This document shows positions 46,304-55,132 of a DNA stretch of 64,000 nt, piece by piece. The DNA comes from an uncultured bacterium (GTDB taxonomy: Bacteria; Patescibacteriota; Minisyncoccia; UBA6257; 2-01-FULL-56-20), in the NCBI GenBank assembly GCA_963707865.1, contig OY970175.1, positions 396,305 to 460,304 of the forward strand, given 5' to 3'. How positions within the stretch are numbered: the first letter of the stretch is position 1; the number at the start of each line of letters is the position of its first letter. Under the pieces are notes generated by a model. It saw only the letters and a list, made by a program, of their open reading frames with translations. It was not told the origin of the DNA and made no database searches. A program made the translations under genes and the position numbers.

Positions 46304-46954
46304 CTAATTTCCAATCTTGTAGTGCTTTGCAATAGTTGCGACCGCATCCTTCTCAAGAAAAAGATTCTTGTGGTCCAAAACGTCTATGACGTTCAGCGAT
46401 GCCGCGTCAATTGCCTTCGCTTTTTGCAAATTAGCCGAGGCGCGGAACAGATTTTTGTTCGCCGCGGCATCTACTAAGAGCACGTCATACCGCTTGGCCT
46501 TCTTTTTCATATTTAAAACTGTGGCGAGCGCAGAAGCCAGCATCTTTGTTTTAGACATCTCAAGCGCAAACGATTCAAAAATTTTCATTTCGCCGTCCTT
46601 CATTTTCCGCGAAAGAACAGAGAAGAGCGCAAGGCGTCTCATTTTTTTGTTTACTTTTTGCGAATAATCGCGCTCCTTGCGCGGTCCATGCGCCTTGCCG
46701 CCGCCTATCCATAAGGGCGACCGGATGGAGCCGTGCCGCGCGCGGCCGGTCCCCTTCTGGCGCCACGGCTTCCTGCCGCCGCCGCGCACTTCACCGCGTC
46801 CCTTCACGTGCGCCCACGGGTCGCGCGCGTTTGCGCGTTGCGCGTTCACTACCTGCTTCACCAAAACCGGACTCCATTTGGCACCGAAGACATTTTCCGG
46901 CAATTCCACCGTTCCCACTTTCTCGTTCTTCAAATTGTAGACGTCGGCGTTCAT
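46304..46954 (-). CDS. rplD: 50S ribosomal protein L4
   Basis: It has the L4 signature and lies in operon order. Confidence 0.85.
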   Translation of the reverse strand: MNADVYNLKNEKVGTVELPENVFGAKWSPVLVKQVVNAQRANARDPWAHVKGRGEVRGGGRKPWRQKGTGRARHGSIRSPLWIGGGKAHGPRKERDYSQKVNKKMRRLALFSVLSRKMKDGEMKIFESFALEMSKTKMLASALATVLNMKKKAKRYDVLLVDAAANKNLFRASANLQKAKAIDAASLNVIDVLDHKNLFLEKDAVATIAKHYKIGN

Positions 46955-46955
46955 G

Positions 46956-47513
46956 TTATTTTCTTATCTCAAGCAGCCCACCGCGCGCGCCCGGCACGGC
47001 GCCGCGGAGGAATATCAAATTTTTTTCTTTATCAACGTCCGCCACCACAAGATTCTTGATCGTCACCCGCTCCGTGCCCATATGCCCCGCCATACGGCGA
47101 CCGGGTACGACGCGCTGGAACGCCGTGGAACCGATGGAACCTGGCGCGCGGAAACGGTTCTTCTGCCCATGCGTCTTCGGCCCACCGTGGAAACCGTGCC
47201 GCTTCACGACACCCTGGAATCCGCGTCCTTTCGTGAGCCCGCTCACGCGGACTTTTTCGCCGGCCGCGAACGCTTCCACCGTCACCGCATCGCCCACCTT
47301 GAACTTTCCCATCTCGATCGGATGCCACTCGCGGTTTCTAAATTCACGCTTCGTCTTTCCAGCCGAAATCTGAATGGCTTCATAGCCATCTTTATCTTTA
47401 CTGCGTACCGTAGTCACCTTGTTTGGCTCCGCATGGATCACGGTCACGGGAACCACCTTCCCGTCTTTCCAAATCTGCGTCATTTTAAGTTTTTTGCCGA
47501 GAATAAATGACAT
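46956..47513 (-). CDS. rplC: 50S ribosomal protein L3
   Basis: It has the L3 signature. It is the first gene of this block and is not preceded by rpsJ. Confidence 0.85.
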   Translation of the reverse strand: MSFILGKKLKMTQIWKDGKVVPVTVIHAEPNKVTTVRSKDKDGYEAIQISAGKTKREFRNREWHPIEMGKFKVGDAVTVEAFAAGEKVRVSGLTKGRGFQGVVKRHGFHGGPKTHGQKNRFRAPGSIGSTAFQRVVPGRRMAGHMGTERVTIKNLVVADVDKEKNLIFLRGAVPGARGGLLEIRK

Positions 47514-47696
47514 GGAACAAAAAACCGGCTCTTCGCCGGAAGTTCATGCAAATATCCGACCAAACCCTGCCCTCAAGCGGGGTCGTCCTTCACAAAAACG
47601 AAAGACGTCTTCCGAGGCGCCAAAGCGCGATAGATATTGGCATAAAACTTCCGAGGAAACCTTAGGGAAAAGTATAACAAAACAGGGCCCGCCGTG

Positions 47697-48005
47697 TCAA
47701 TTGATCGGCAAAAGCCGGCGTTTAAAGGCGTCGAATTCCTCACAATCCACCTTTTTATCCAATATTTCTATGATGCGCGTGAACCATCCTTCCATCTCGT
47801 TTTTGGTAGGCAACATCGCGATTTTCTGTTCCAAAGCGTCCATACGCCCCTCAACTTTATCCAATATCTTGCCAACAGCAATATAGCCTTCCAGAGTTAT
47901 TTTGAATTTCGCCTCTGTTTCCTCAAATAAAATCATCGTCTTCGGATCTTTGACGGGAAACGTGAATGTTTTCGTAAGATGCCGGACCTCAATCGCCTTT
48001 TCCAT
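47697..48005 (-). CDS. small coiled-coil protein, paralog family member 1
   Basis: It is similar to 48122..48400 and 60699..60980, sharing an ...E.KF.....EG......K.D... pattern. Confidence 0.4.
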   Translation of the reverse strand: MEKAIEVRHLTKTFTFPVKDPKTMILFEETEAKFKITLEGYIAVGKILDKVEGRMDALEQKIAMLPTKNEMEGWFTRIIEILDKKVDCEEFDAFKRRLLPIN

Positions 48006-48121
48006 ATTTCGTCAGTATAAAGGGTAAAACGTTTCTCTCCAAGAAGGAGCGTGAACGCGATCAAACCGCCTTTCCTCGATGCTCTCCATTAATCCTTGCA
48101 ATAGTGCTCCGTAAATTACCT

Positions 48122-48400
48122 TCACCCACGATCCTGTCTTCCCAACTTTATCGCAATGACGTCCAATCGGGCATCCATCTTATCAAACCGCTCAATTAAA
48201 TAATCAAACTTATAATCTATCTCCTCAAACTTTTTATTCATCGAAACTTCCACATTGTCGAATTTCTTATGCAAGGCTCCGAAACCTTCCATCAACAGCC
48301 TGAACTTGGTATCAATTTCTTCGTAAAGCACTCCCAACTTTCGCTGGTTTTTATCCAATCGCCCTAGTTCCAGTTCAACAGAAACTCTTTCCATAACCAA
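48122..48400 (-). CDS. small coiled-coil protein, paralog family member 2
   Basis: It is a paralog of 47697..48005. The family A head motif lies 55 nt upstream of its start. Confidence 0.4.
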   Translation of the reverse strand: MVMERVSVELELGRLDKNQRKLGVLYEEIDTKFRLLMEGFGALHKKFDNVEVSMNKKFEEIDYKFDYLIERFDKMDARLDVIAIKLGRQDRG

Positions 48401-48491
48401 ATCTTAAAAGGTTGGGCAAAATAGTCAAAGGTTCTTTAATAATTTTTTAATCCTGTGCACAGGCCTGGACGATTTTCGAACGATTTTAGGC

Positions 48492-48830
48492 CTAATATGG
48501 CCGATAAAGAAATACGATTGCTAAGACAATGATTATCCCAATGACGGCGGTAATCCCGTGTATCCACCGCAGCAATGTTATACGCTTCTTAATGTTTATA
48601 TCTCGTGCAAGAGATTCGTGTGTTTCGGCAAATTGTATAAAGTATCCAAATCGGAGATTGATGATCCCCTTACTGAGCGGGAGAATTTTATAGAGCACCG
48701 GCTTTTTATATTCTTCCCAATCGGCAGGGTGAGATTTTTTGAAATAGGACTTCAGGCTTCCCCATAAAATGAAATGGGCTATTACGAGCAGCACGAATAT
48801 TCCACCTAAAATGGCCATTCCCAGATTCAT
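48492..48830 (-). CDS. small membrane protein (2 TM)
   Basis: It has hydrophobic N- and C-terminal helices. A head motif lies 39 nt upstream of its start. Confidence 0.4.
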   Translation of the reverse strand: MNLGMAILGGIFVLLVIAHFILWGSLKSYFKKSHPADWEEYKKPVLYKILPLSKGIINLRFGYFIQFAETHESLARDINIKKRITLLRWIHGITAVIGIIIVLAIVFLYRPY

Positions 48831-48915
48831 ATGACTATTCTATCACAAGCTCTAAAAACAAAATCATAGCGCACCGGCCTGGACGATTTTCGAACAGTTC
48901 TGATTGTGATGCAGG

Positions 48916-49182
48916 TTGGCAGATGATAAACTAGATAGCATGGATTGGCGGAATACCCCGGTGCGAGCTAGTTGGGGCATTAGTTACTTTCAGCGAGCCG
49001 TTATTGGATTGGCTTTAATTCTCATTGGGGTTATATCCAGCGCCTTCGTTCAATTCCTATCTGGACTCTTCCTTGGAATAGATTTAGACCCTTTCACGGC
49101 TGGTCTTATTGGGGTGTTGATTGTTGGGGTTGTGATTCTGATTTACGCCGTTTCTCTCAATTTTCACAAGAGAAAGAAATAG
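48916..49182 (+). CDS. small membrane protein (2 TM)
   Basis: It has two hydrophobic helices. Confidence 0.35.
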   Translation: MADDKLDSMDWRNTPVRASWGISYFQRAVIGLALILIGVISSAFVQFLSGLFLGIDLDPFTAGLIGVLIVGVVILIYAVSLNFHKRKK

Positions 49183-49265
49183 CAACATAACATGCACAGG
49201 CCTGGACGATTTTCGAACGATTCTTTCTCTTTCCCAATATCTAGGGAATTGTAGTCTTTTCTAAG

Positions 49266-50268
49266 ATGTTTCATGTCCGCACATTTGTCCCCTCGATAGC
49301 TTGAAGATATTCAACCGGCGTCTTTCCCGCAAGGGCAAGATGAGGACAGACCGTGTTGTACCAGGCGCAGTACGCGGCCTGTTTTTGTTTCGCTTCGGCC
49401 ACCGTGCGGAATGATATCTTGTTCCAGAACCGTTCGCGGTCATTGCGATGCGACCGCTCCACCTTGCCGTTCTGCGCAGGATGCCCCGGGGCGATGAGAT
49501 AGTGCGTCATTTTTTGTTTTTCACAAGTAACATCAAAAGGATGCAACCGCGGCTTCAGGGGATCTGCTGACTTCGGATATCCCACGTACCGGTTCGTGAA
49601 GATTGATCCGTTATCGGTCTTCACCGCACGGATGCGGAAGGGTGCCGTAGCAATGACTTTCTCGAGAAACAAGATCGCGGTCCGCGTGGATTGTTCTTGG
49701 GTCACCCAGAGATGCCGCCACCGCGTGCAGCAATCAATCGCGGTGAACTGGTAGAGCCATTGCCCCTTGAATCTCCGCACATAAACGACATCAATCTCGA
49801 TGATCTCTCCGGGAAACGTGGCGGTCGGTTTCCACTTTGCTTTGGGCACCAACCGTTTTTTGGTTCTTGAGAGCCCCTCACGTTTCAGGACTTTGGCAAT
49901 ACCCCGCACGGAGAGCTTCAGGCCCTCGCGGGCGAGGAGATACATGAGGACATCAGGACCCAGATCCGTTGCTGTTCGCAACGATCTGATCCGATTCACG
50001 ATGGTCTGTGAGAATTGTTTCGGATGCGTGTGCGGCCTGCGCGAGTGCGACACGAGCGCATCGATCCCGCCCCTGCGATATGCCGCCACCCACCGCTTGA
50101 GCGTGCGATATGAAAACGGCGCGTGGGCAGCAATGTCCTTGATACTCATCTCTTTCTCAAGATGCGGGGTGATCCACCGCATCCGTTCCTCTGCTGCGTC
50201 TTTTGCGAGTGTTTGTGGCATATTCCCCAGCTTACACTTCAAGGGGCCATATGTATGTGCAGAGTACC
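49266..50268 (-). mobile_element. IS481-family insertion sequence (~1.0 kb) with imperfect terminal inverted repeats
   Basis: A single DDE transposase is flanked by GGGGACAAATGTGCGGACAT (left end, reverse complement) and GGGGCCATATGTATGTGCAG (right end). Confidence 0.6.
49271..50221 (-). CDS. IS481-family DDE transposase (rve integrase core)
   Basis: It has an N-terminal HTH and a DDE core (IDVVYV...AVKTDNGSIF...HPAQNGKVERSHR). Confidence 0.75.
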   Translation of the reverse strand: MPQTLAKDAAEERMRWITPHLEKEMSIKDIAAHAPFSYRTLKRWVAAYRRGGIDALVSHSRRPHTHPKQFSQTIVNRIRSLRTATDLGPDVLMYLLAREGLKLSVRGIAKVLKREGLSRTKKRLVPKAKWKPTATFPGEIIEIDVVYVRRFKGQWLYQFTAIDCCTRWRHLWVTQEQSTRTAILFLEKVIATAPFRIRAVKTDNGSIFTNRYVGYPKSADPLKPRLHPFDVTCEKQKMTHYLIAPGHPAQNGKVERSHRNDRERFWNKISFRTVAEAKQKQAAYCAWYNTVCPHLALAGKTPVEYLQAIEGTNVRT

Positions 50269-50358
50269 AAGAAGAATTGACTACGAGCAATATTTATGCT
50301 ATAAATCCTCGCAGAAAGACGCACTATCGGAATCAAAACTTAAAAGGAAAGGTGCCTT

Positions 50359-51249
50359 ATGAGTCAAATTAATGTGGTCGTTCCGGATGGTTCCATGCAG
50401 GCCGTCATTACCGACCTTTTTGCAAAGGCAGGGTTGCCTGTGGCGATAGAGAAAAGACGGACGAAAGAAGGTAGGGTCGGGGTTGACTGGATCAAGCGAG
50501 TTGCCTTCCAGAGGCCGCAGGAAATCCCGCAATATCTCGACGCCGGTCATTTTGACGTTGCCGTCGTGGGCGAGGATTGGATCGCTAACTGGGGCTTAAC
50601 ATTCCCCGTTCTGCTCAAACTGCCCATCGGCCGCAGCGGCAACAAGCCCGTCAAAATCGTTCTGGCGGTGAATCAAGCCAGTGGTTTTCGACGGGTGGAA
50701 GAGCTGCCTCAAGGCTGTGAAGTGGCAACTGAATACGTCCAACTAGTCGAGAGGTTCTTCGCTAGGCAGGGAAGGGCTGACATCGAGGTTGTCCCATCCT
50801 TTGGCAACACCGAACACAAGATTGGATTCGGTGCGACGGCAATCGTTGACGTGACAGAGAGCGGCGATTCTCTGAAAGAAAATGGACTCGAAGTGATTCA
50901 CGAAATAATGGAGTCCAATACCGTTGTCGTGGCGAACCATGATTCGCTGGCCGATGAATCTAAGCGTCCATACATCGATTGTCTCGTCCAACTCATCAAG
51001 GGTGCATTTCAGGCATCGCAACACGTAATGCTTGTAGCCAATGTACCCAAGAAGGTTCTGGGCGATGCGAGTCGCATCATCGGAGGACTCAAGGGGCCTT
51101 CCTGTTCGCCGCTCATGGGTATCATAGGATGGTTCGCCCTCCAATCTGTTGTGGCTCGAAAAGACGAACAAAAGATAATTTTCGAGTTGCTGCAGATAGG
51201 AGTCACCGACATCCTCGTTAATCGAGACATTCCCTTGATGATGTCTTAG
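50359..51249 (+). CDS. hisG: ATP phosphoribosyltransferase (long form HisG)-like
   Basis: It contains EIPQYLDAGHFDVAVVGEDWI and AIVDVTESGDSLKENGLEVI, which resemble the HisG catalytic core, and has a C-terminal regulatory-like domain. Confidence 0.55.
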   Translation: MSQINVVVPDGSMQAVITDLFAKAGLPVAIEKRRTKEGRVGVDWIKRVAFQRPQEIPQYLDAGHFDVAVVGEDWIANWGLTFPVLLKLPIGRSGNKPVKIVLAVNQASGFRRVEELPQGCEVATEYVQLVERFFARQGRADIEVVPSFGNTEHKIGFGATAIVDVTESGDSLKENGLEVIHEIMESNTVVVANHDSLADESKRPYIDCLVQLIKGAFQASQHVMLVANVPKKVLGDASRIIGGLKGPSCSPLMGIIGWFALQSVVARKDEQKIIFELLQIGVTDILVNRDIPLMMS

Positions 51250-51348
51250 ACGCCGCAAAGGCAACATGGCTTTCGGGCGGTCGCCAAATCATAAAGTACC
51301 GCCCACAACACACCACCTCAGACGTGGTGTTGCGCATTTTTATATTTT

Positions 51349-51590
51349 GTGCGCAGGCCAGGATTCGAACAACTAATCTCATTAATATAAACCGTGCCGG
51401 CAGGGGTGTTGGGGTCTCCTGTGTTTTTGTTTTCGAAGAACCTAGCGGAGGCGAGGAATCAGCGCTCTCCGAGCGAGCAGAAAATTTGACAGGACCCCCG
51501 CCGAAGGCGAGAGGGTGGCAAATTTTTGTAAGCGAGCGAGGAGAGCGCCCGAGCCGAAGCGGGTTCGAGAAAACAAAAACACAGGAGACC
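51349..51590 (+). repeat. repeat family A, long copy C (between hisG and rpsJ terminator)
   Basis: It has the head motif GTGCGCAGGCCAGGATTCGAAC and a core almost identical to copy B (cctagcggaggcgaggaat.agcgc...gggttc). Confidence 0.65.
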
Positions 51591-51618
51591 AAAAACTCCC
51601 GCCGAAGCGGGAGTTTTT
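51591..51618 (-). terminator. rho-independent terminator immediately after rpsJ
   Basis: The minus-strand RNA reads AAAAACUCCCGC UUCG GCGGGAGUUUUU, starting 1 nt after the rpsJ stop. Confidence 0.7.
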
Positions 51619-51619
51619 G

Positions 51620-51949
51620 TTAGACCATTTTCACTTCCACGTCCACCCCGGCGGGAAGATTGAGGTTCGTGAGCGATTCAATGATCTTCTGGCTCGGATT
51701 CAGGATCTCCACAAGGCGCTTGTGCACGCGGAGCTCAAATTGTTCGCGCGAGTCCTTATGGACGAAGGTTGATCGGTTCACGGTATAGTGCCTGATCTCC
51801 GTGGGCAGCGGAATCGGACCGTTAACCTTCGCGTCGTTCCGTTCAGCGGTCTCAATGATCTGGCGCGCCGAATTGTCAATCAGCTTGTGGTCGTAGGATT
51901 TGATCCGCAACCGGATCTTTTGTGGCGTTTCCGATTCCTTCTTTGCCAT
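51620..51949 (-). CDS. rpsJ: 30S ribosomal protein S10
   Basis: It contains [27 protein letters not shown] and lies immediately downstream of tuf. Confidence 0.9.
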   Translation of the reverse strand: MAKKESETPQKIRLRIKSYDHKLIDNSARQIIETAERNDAKVNGPIPLPTEIRHYTVNRSTFVHKDSREQFELRVHKRLVEILNPSQKIIESLTNLNLPAGVDVEVKMV

Positions 51950-51950
51950 A

Positions 51951-53150
51951 TTATTTGATGATCTTTGTAACCGCGCCGGCGCCTACGGTGTGGCCGCCTT
52001 CGCGAATGGCGAAGCGCTGTTTGTCCTCAAGCGCGACCGGAGAGATAAGCTTCACAGTGATTTTCACGGTGTCGCCTGGCATTACCATCTCCATGCCCTG
52101 CGGCAAGGTTACTTCACCAGTCACGTCGGTCGTCCGGATATAGAACTGCGGCTTATAGCCCGAGAAGAACGGCGAGTGCCTGCCTCCTTCCTCTTTGGAA
52201 AGCACGTACACCTCCGCCTCAAATTCAGAGTGTGGCGTGACGGAACCCGGCTTTGCAATCACCTGACCGCGCTCAACATCCTCTTTCTTCAATCCGCGGA
52301 GCAGGGCACCGATGTTGTCGCCCGCCATGCCTTCATCCAAAAGCTTGTTGAACATTTCAATACCCGTGATGACGGTCTTCGCCGTTGGCCGAAGGCCCAC
52401 GATCTCAACCTCTTCGTTCACTTTCACTTTCCCGCGCTCTACGCGGCCGGTTACGACCGTGCCGCGGCCCTCAATAGAAAAGATGTCTTCAATCGGCATG
52501 AGGAACGGCTTATCAATGTCGCGGACCGGCGTCGGAATGTAGTCGTCCAGGGCCTTTACGAGATCCAAGATCGGCTTCGCGTCCGGGTCGTCCGGCGATT
52601 TCACATTCAATGCCTTCAATGCAGAACCACGGATAACGGGGGCGCTGTCGCCGTCAAAGTGATATTTCTTCAAGAGCTCGCGTACCTCGGATTCCACGAG
52701 ATCAATCAATTCCGGATCGTCCACCTGGTCGCACTTGTTCAAGAACACCACGATCTTCGGCACGCCCACCTGATACGCAAGCAGGATGTGCTCGCGTGTC
52801 TGCGGCATCGGACCGTCGGTCGCAGCGACCACAAGGATCGCACCGTCCATCTGGGCGGCACCCGTGATCATGTTCTTGATGTAGTCCGCGTGTCCCGGTG
52901 CGTCAATGTGCGCGTAGTGCCGCTTCTCCGAAGAATATTCAGAGTGGTGTAGCGCAATGGTAATACCGCGCGCTTTCTCTTCGGGAGCATTGTCAATCTG
53001 GTCAACGCCCTCTTCTTTCTTGGCCAGACCCTTCATGAACAAAATGTGTGTGATCGCGGCGGTCAAGGTCGTCTTTCCGTGATCCACGTGCCCGATCGTG
53101 CCCACGTTCACGTGCGGCTTGGATCGGTCAAATTTTTCTTTTTCTGCCAT
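51951..53150 (-). CDS. tuf: elongation factor Tu
   Basis: It contains the G-domain motifs [15 protein letters not shown] and NKCD. The start was trimmed to MAEKEKF. Confidence 0.95.
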   Translation of the reverse strand: MAEKEKFDRSKPHVNVGTIGHVDHGKTTLTAAITHILFMKGLAKKEEGVDQIDNAPEEKARGITIALHHSEYSSEKRHYAHIDAPGHADYIKNMITGAAQMDGAILVVAATDGPMPQTREHILLAYQVGVPKIVVFLNKCDQVDDPELIDLVESEVRELLKKYHFDGDSAPVIRGSALKALNVKSPDDPDAKPILDLVKALDDYIPTPVRDIDKPFLMPIEDIFSIEGRGTVVTGRVERGKVKVNEEVEIVGLRPTAKTVITGIEMFNKLLDEGMAGDNIGALLRGLKKEDVERGQVIAKPGSVTPHSEFEAEVYVLSKEEGGRHSPFFSGYKPQFYIRTTDVTGEVTLPQGMEMVMPGDTVKITVKLISPVALEDKQRFAIREGGHTVGAGAVTKIIK

Positions 53151-53283
53151 ATTGTTGTTTGTTAATTTTTTTATTTTGACCCGCGTCACTTCGCAAAAAA
53201 GCAATAGCCAATCGACCTAAAACACTCCCTTGCGAAGGATAACAAAAGCTATTGTACTCCCTACGCCCCCGCGCGTCAAATCC

Positions 53284-53449
53284 GCAGAGCCCATTCCAGA
53301 ACGCAGCAGCATGAGGATTATAAATCATTTTCGAGCGAGCAACGTGAATCCCGACGAAGGAATACCCTTGTGGTATTGCGAGGAGGGATTCGCGTTGCGC
53401 AGCCGAAAATGGACATAAGAGTCATACGGCTACGTTCTGGAATGGGCTC
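53284..53449 (+). ncRNA. candidate structured RNA: 18-bp outer stem enclosing nested hairpins, followed by T7 run (between rplU and tuf)
   Basis: The arm agagcccattccagaacg (53286-53303) pairs perfectly with cgttctggaatgggctct (53421-53438), and a ttttttt run follows. An inner stem pairs cgtgaatccc with gggattcgcg. Confidence 0.35.
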
Positions 53450-53760
53450 TAGACTTTTTTAACCCGAACCTCCGCATATTCCTGCCGATGTCCCTTCTTT
53501 TTGCGAAACCGCGTTTTGGAATGATACTTAAAAACGATCTTTTTTTTCTCGCGCCCCACGCCGAGCAATTCCGCTTCCACCGAAATATTCGTAAGGTAGG
53601 GAGTACCGATTTCCACACGGCCGTCCTCGGACCGCAAAAGCACCTTATCAAAAACCACGGCGCCGCCTTCGGCGCTTGTCTTTTCTATTTTTAGCTTCTC
53701 CCCGGCGGAAACTTTGTATTGCTTCCCGCCAGTTTGAATCACCGCGAAGTCCTGTGCCAT
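53449..53760 (-). CDS. rplU: 50S ribosomal protein L21
   Basis: It begins MAQDFAVIQTGGKQYKVSAGEKLKIEK. The start was trimmed from the ORF-track call. Confidence 0.85.
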   Translation of the reverse strand: MAQDFAVIQTGGKQYKVSAGEKLKIEKTSAEGGAVVFDKVLLRSEDGRVEIGTPYLTNISVEAELLGVGREKKKIVFKYHSKTRFRKKKGHRQEYAEVRVKKV

Positions 53761-53764
53761 GCCA

Positions 53765-54115
53765 TCAATTAACGCTAATGATAGCCGCAAAGCCGATAAA
53801 AAGCAAGATGGCGAGGACGAGGGTAACCGCAGCGGCGCACTTCCCCAAAAAGCGGCTCCTCTCCTCAAGCTCAAGCGCGATAACGAAATTCATGATGACG
53901 GCCGCGATCCCAAACGCTGCGATAAAGACGAAATTCGCCGGCGTGCCGACGGCAGTGATTCCCTCAAGATCGTTGTAATGAAGAATCATCGGAGAACTCA
54001 TGGAAGTAGTATGCAGCGCGAGGCGCGACCACAAGGCGCCGCCCGCCACGAAAAGAAGCGCCGCAAGCGACATTACGCTGACTTCCCTGTGCTTAAGCAT
54101 TTTCTTCCACATCAT
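53765..54115 (-). CDS. small membrane protein (3 TM), hypothetical
   Basis: It has three hydrophobic helices. Confidence 0.4.
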   Translation of the reverse strand: MMWKKMLKHREVSVMSLAALLFVAGGALWSRLALHTTSMSSPMILHYNDLEGITAVGTPANFVFIAAFGIAAVIMNFVIALELEERSRFLGKCAAAVTLVLAILLFIGFAAIISVN

Positions 54116-55125
54116 AACCCCAATGATGATCCGACCCTCTCCCCTCGCAGCACCGCAGCGGCGGCGTCCGGCGGAACGACGTTGATATTCACGATGGTGG
54201 AGATCTCAAATCCTCCCGGAGGAGAAATCACGTCCACCGGCACGACTTCAATATGCCAGTGATGATATGGATATTTGCGACCGTCCACGGGGGCGTCGTG
54301 GATAAAGAAATTGATGTCCGGATCATGGAGATACTTCTTTATCCGGCGCATCACGGACCGCAGCAAGCGTGCGGTATCTCCAAGAACCGCATCCGGGGTC
54401 TTCACGAAATATGACGCGTGGCGTCGCGGAAGAATGCTCACTTCAAAGGGGCGCTTAGCCGCATAGGGAACGAATGCGATTGCATGGCGGTTCTCCGCCA
54501 CTATCCGCGTTTTCTCCTTCCGCTCCTCCGCGACGATGTCGCAGCGCACACAACGGCGGTGCTGCTTGAAATACTGCAGGGCACCATGAAGAGATTTCAT
54601 AGCGTGCGGAGGAATGATCGGCAACGCAAGGATCTGGTAGTGGGGGTGCGAAAGTGAAGCGCCCGCCCCCCGTCCCCAATTAAAGAATGCGGAAGTGTAT
54701 GCGCTGCACGCATCCTTCGCGATTGCCCGGTATCGTTCCCGGATTGCCGTAAAGACATTGCACGCTTCCCCTGTGGCGAGTTCAGAAAAATTTTTCCGGT
54801 GGTCGCGGGTGATGACAATCTCGTGGTCCCCCACGCCGGTCTTTACATGATACAAGCCGCGCGAAATACCCGTAGCGCAACGCGCGCCATGCGCGAGCGC
54901 AGGGTACTTATTGTGGATGATGGCAATCTTCCAGTGCGCTTCGTCGGGATACATTGCGATCGGCGGCCAGTTTCCGGATTTTTTCAGATCTTCAAATGGA
55001 CATCCGCGTTTGGGCGATGTCTCGCGCGGTCCTCTGCGCGCGAAAAGTTCTTCGGGACGCTTGGCGCGCCCGGGCGCAATAATGGTCCAATCGCCGGAAA
55101 CGGGGTCTTCGCGAAATTCACTCAT
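54112..55125 (-). CDS. galT: galactose-1-phosphate uridylyltransferase-like (HIT superfamily)
   Basis: It contains a CPFE...HPHYQ...HWH histidine-triad arrangement. Confidence 0.6.
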   Translation of the reverse strand: MSEFREDPVSGDWTIIAPGRAKRPEELFARRGPRETSPKRGCPFEDLKKSGNWPPIAMYPDEAHWKIAIIHNKYPALAHGARCATGISRGLYHVKTGVGDHEIVITRDHRKNFSELATGEACNVFTAIRERYRAIAKDACSAYTSAFFNWGRGAGASLSHPHYQILALPIIPPHAMKSLHGALQYFKQHRRCVRCDIVAEERKEKTRIVAENRHAIAFVPYAAKRPFEVSILPRRHASYFVKTPDAVLGDTARLLRSVMRRIKKYLHDPDINFFIHDAPVDGRKYPYHHWHIEVVPVDVISPPGGFEISTIVNINVVPPDAAAAVLRGERVGSSLGL

Positions 55126-55132
55126 AGAAAAT

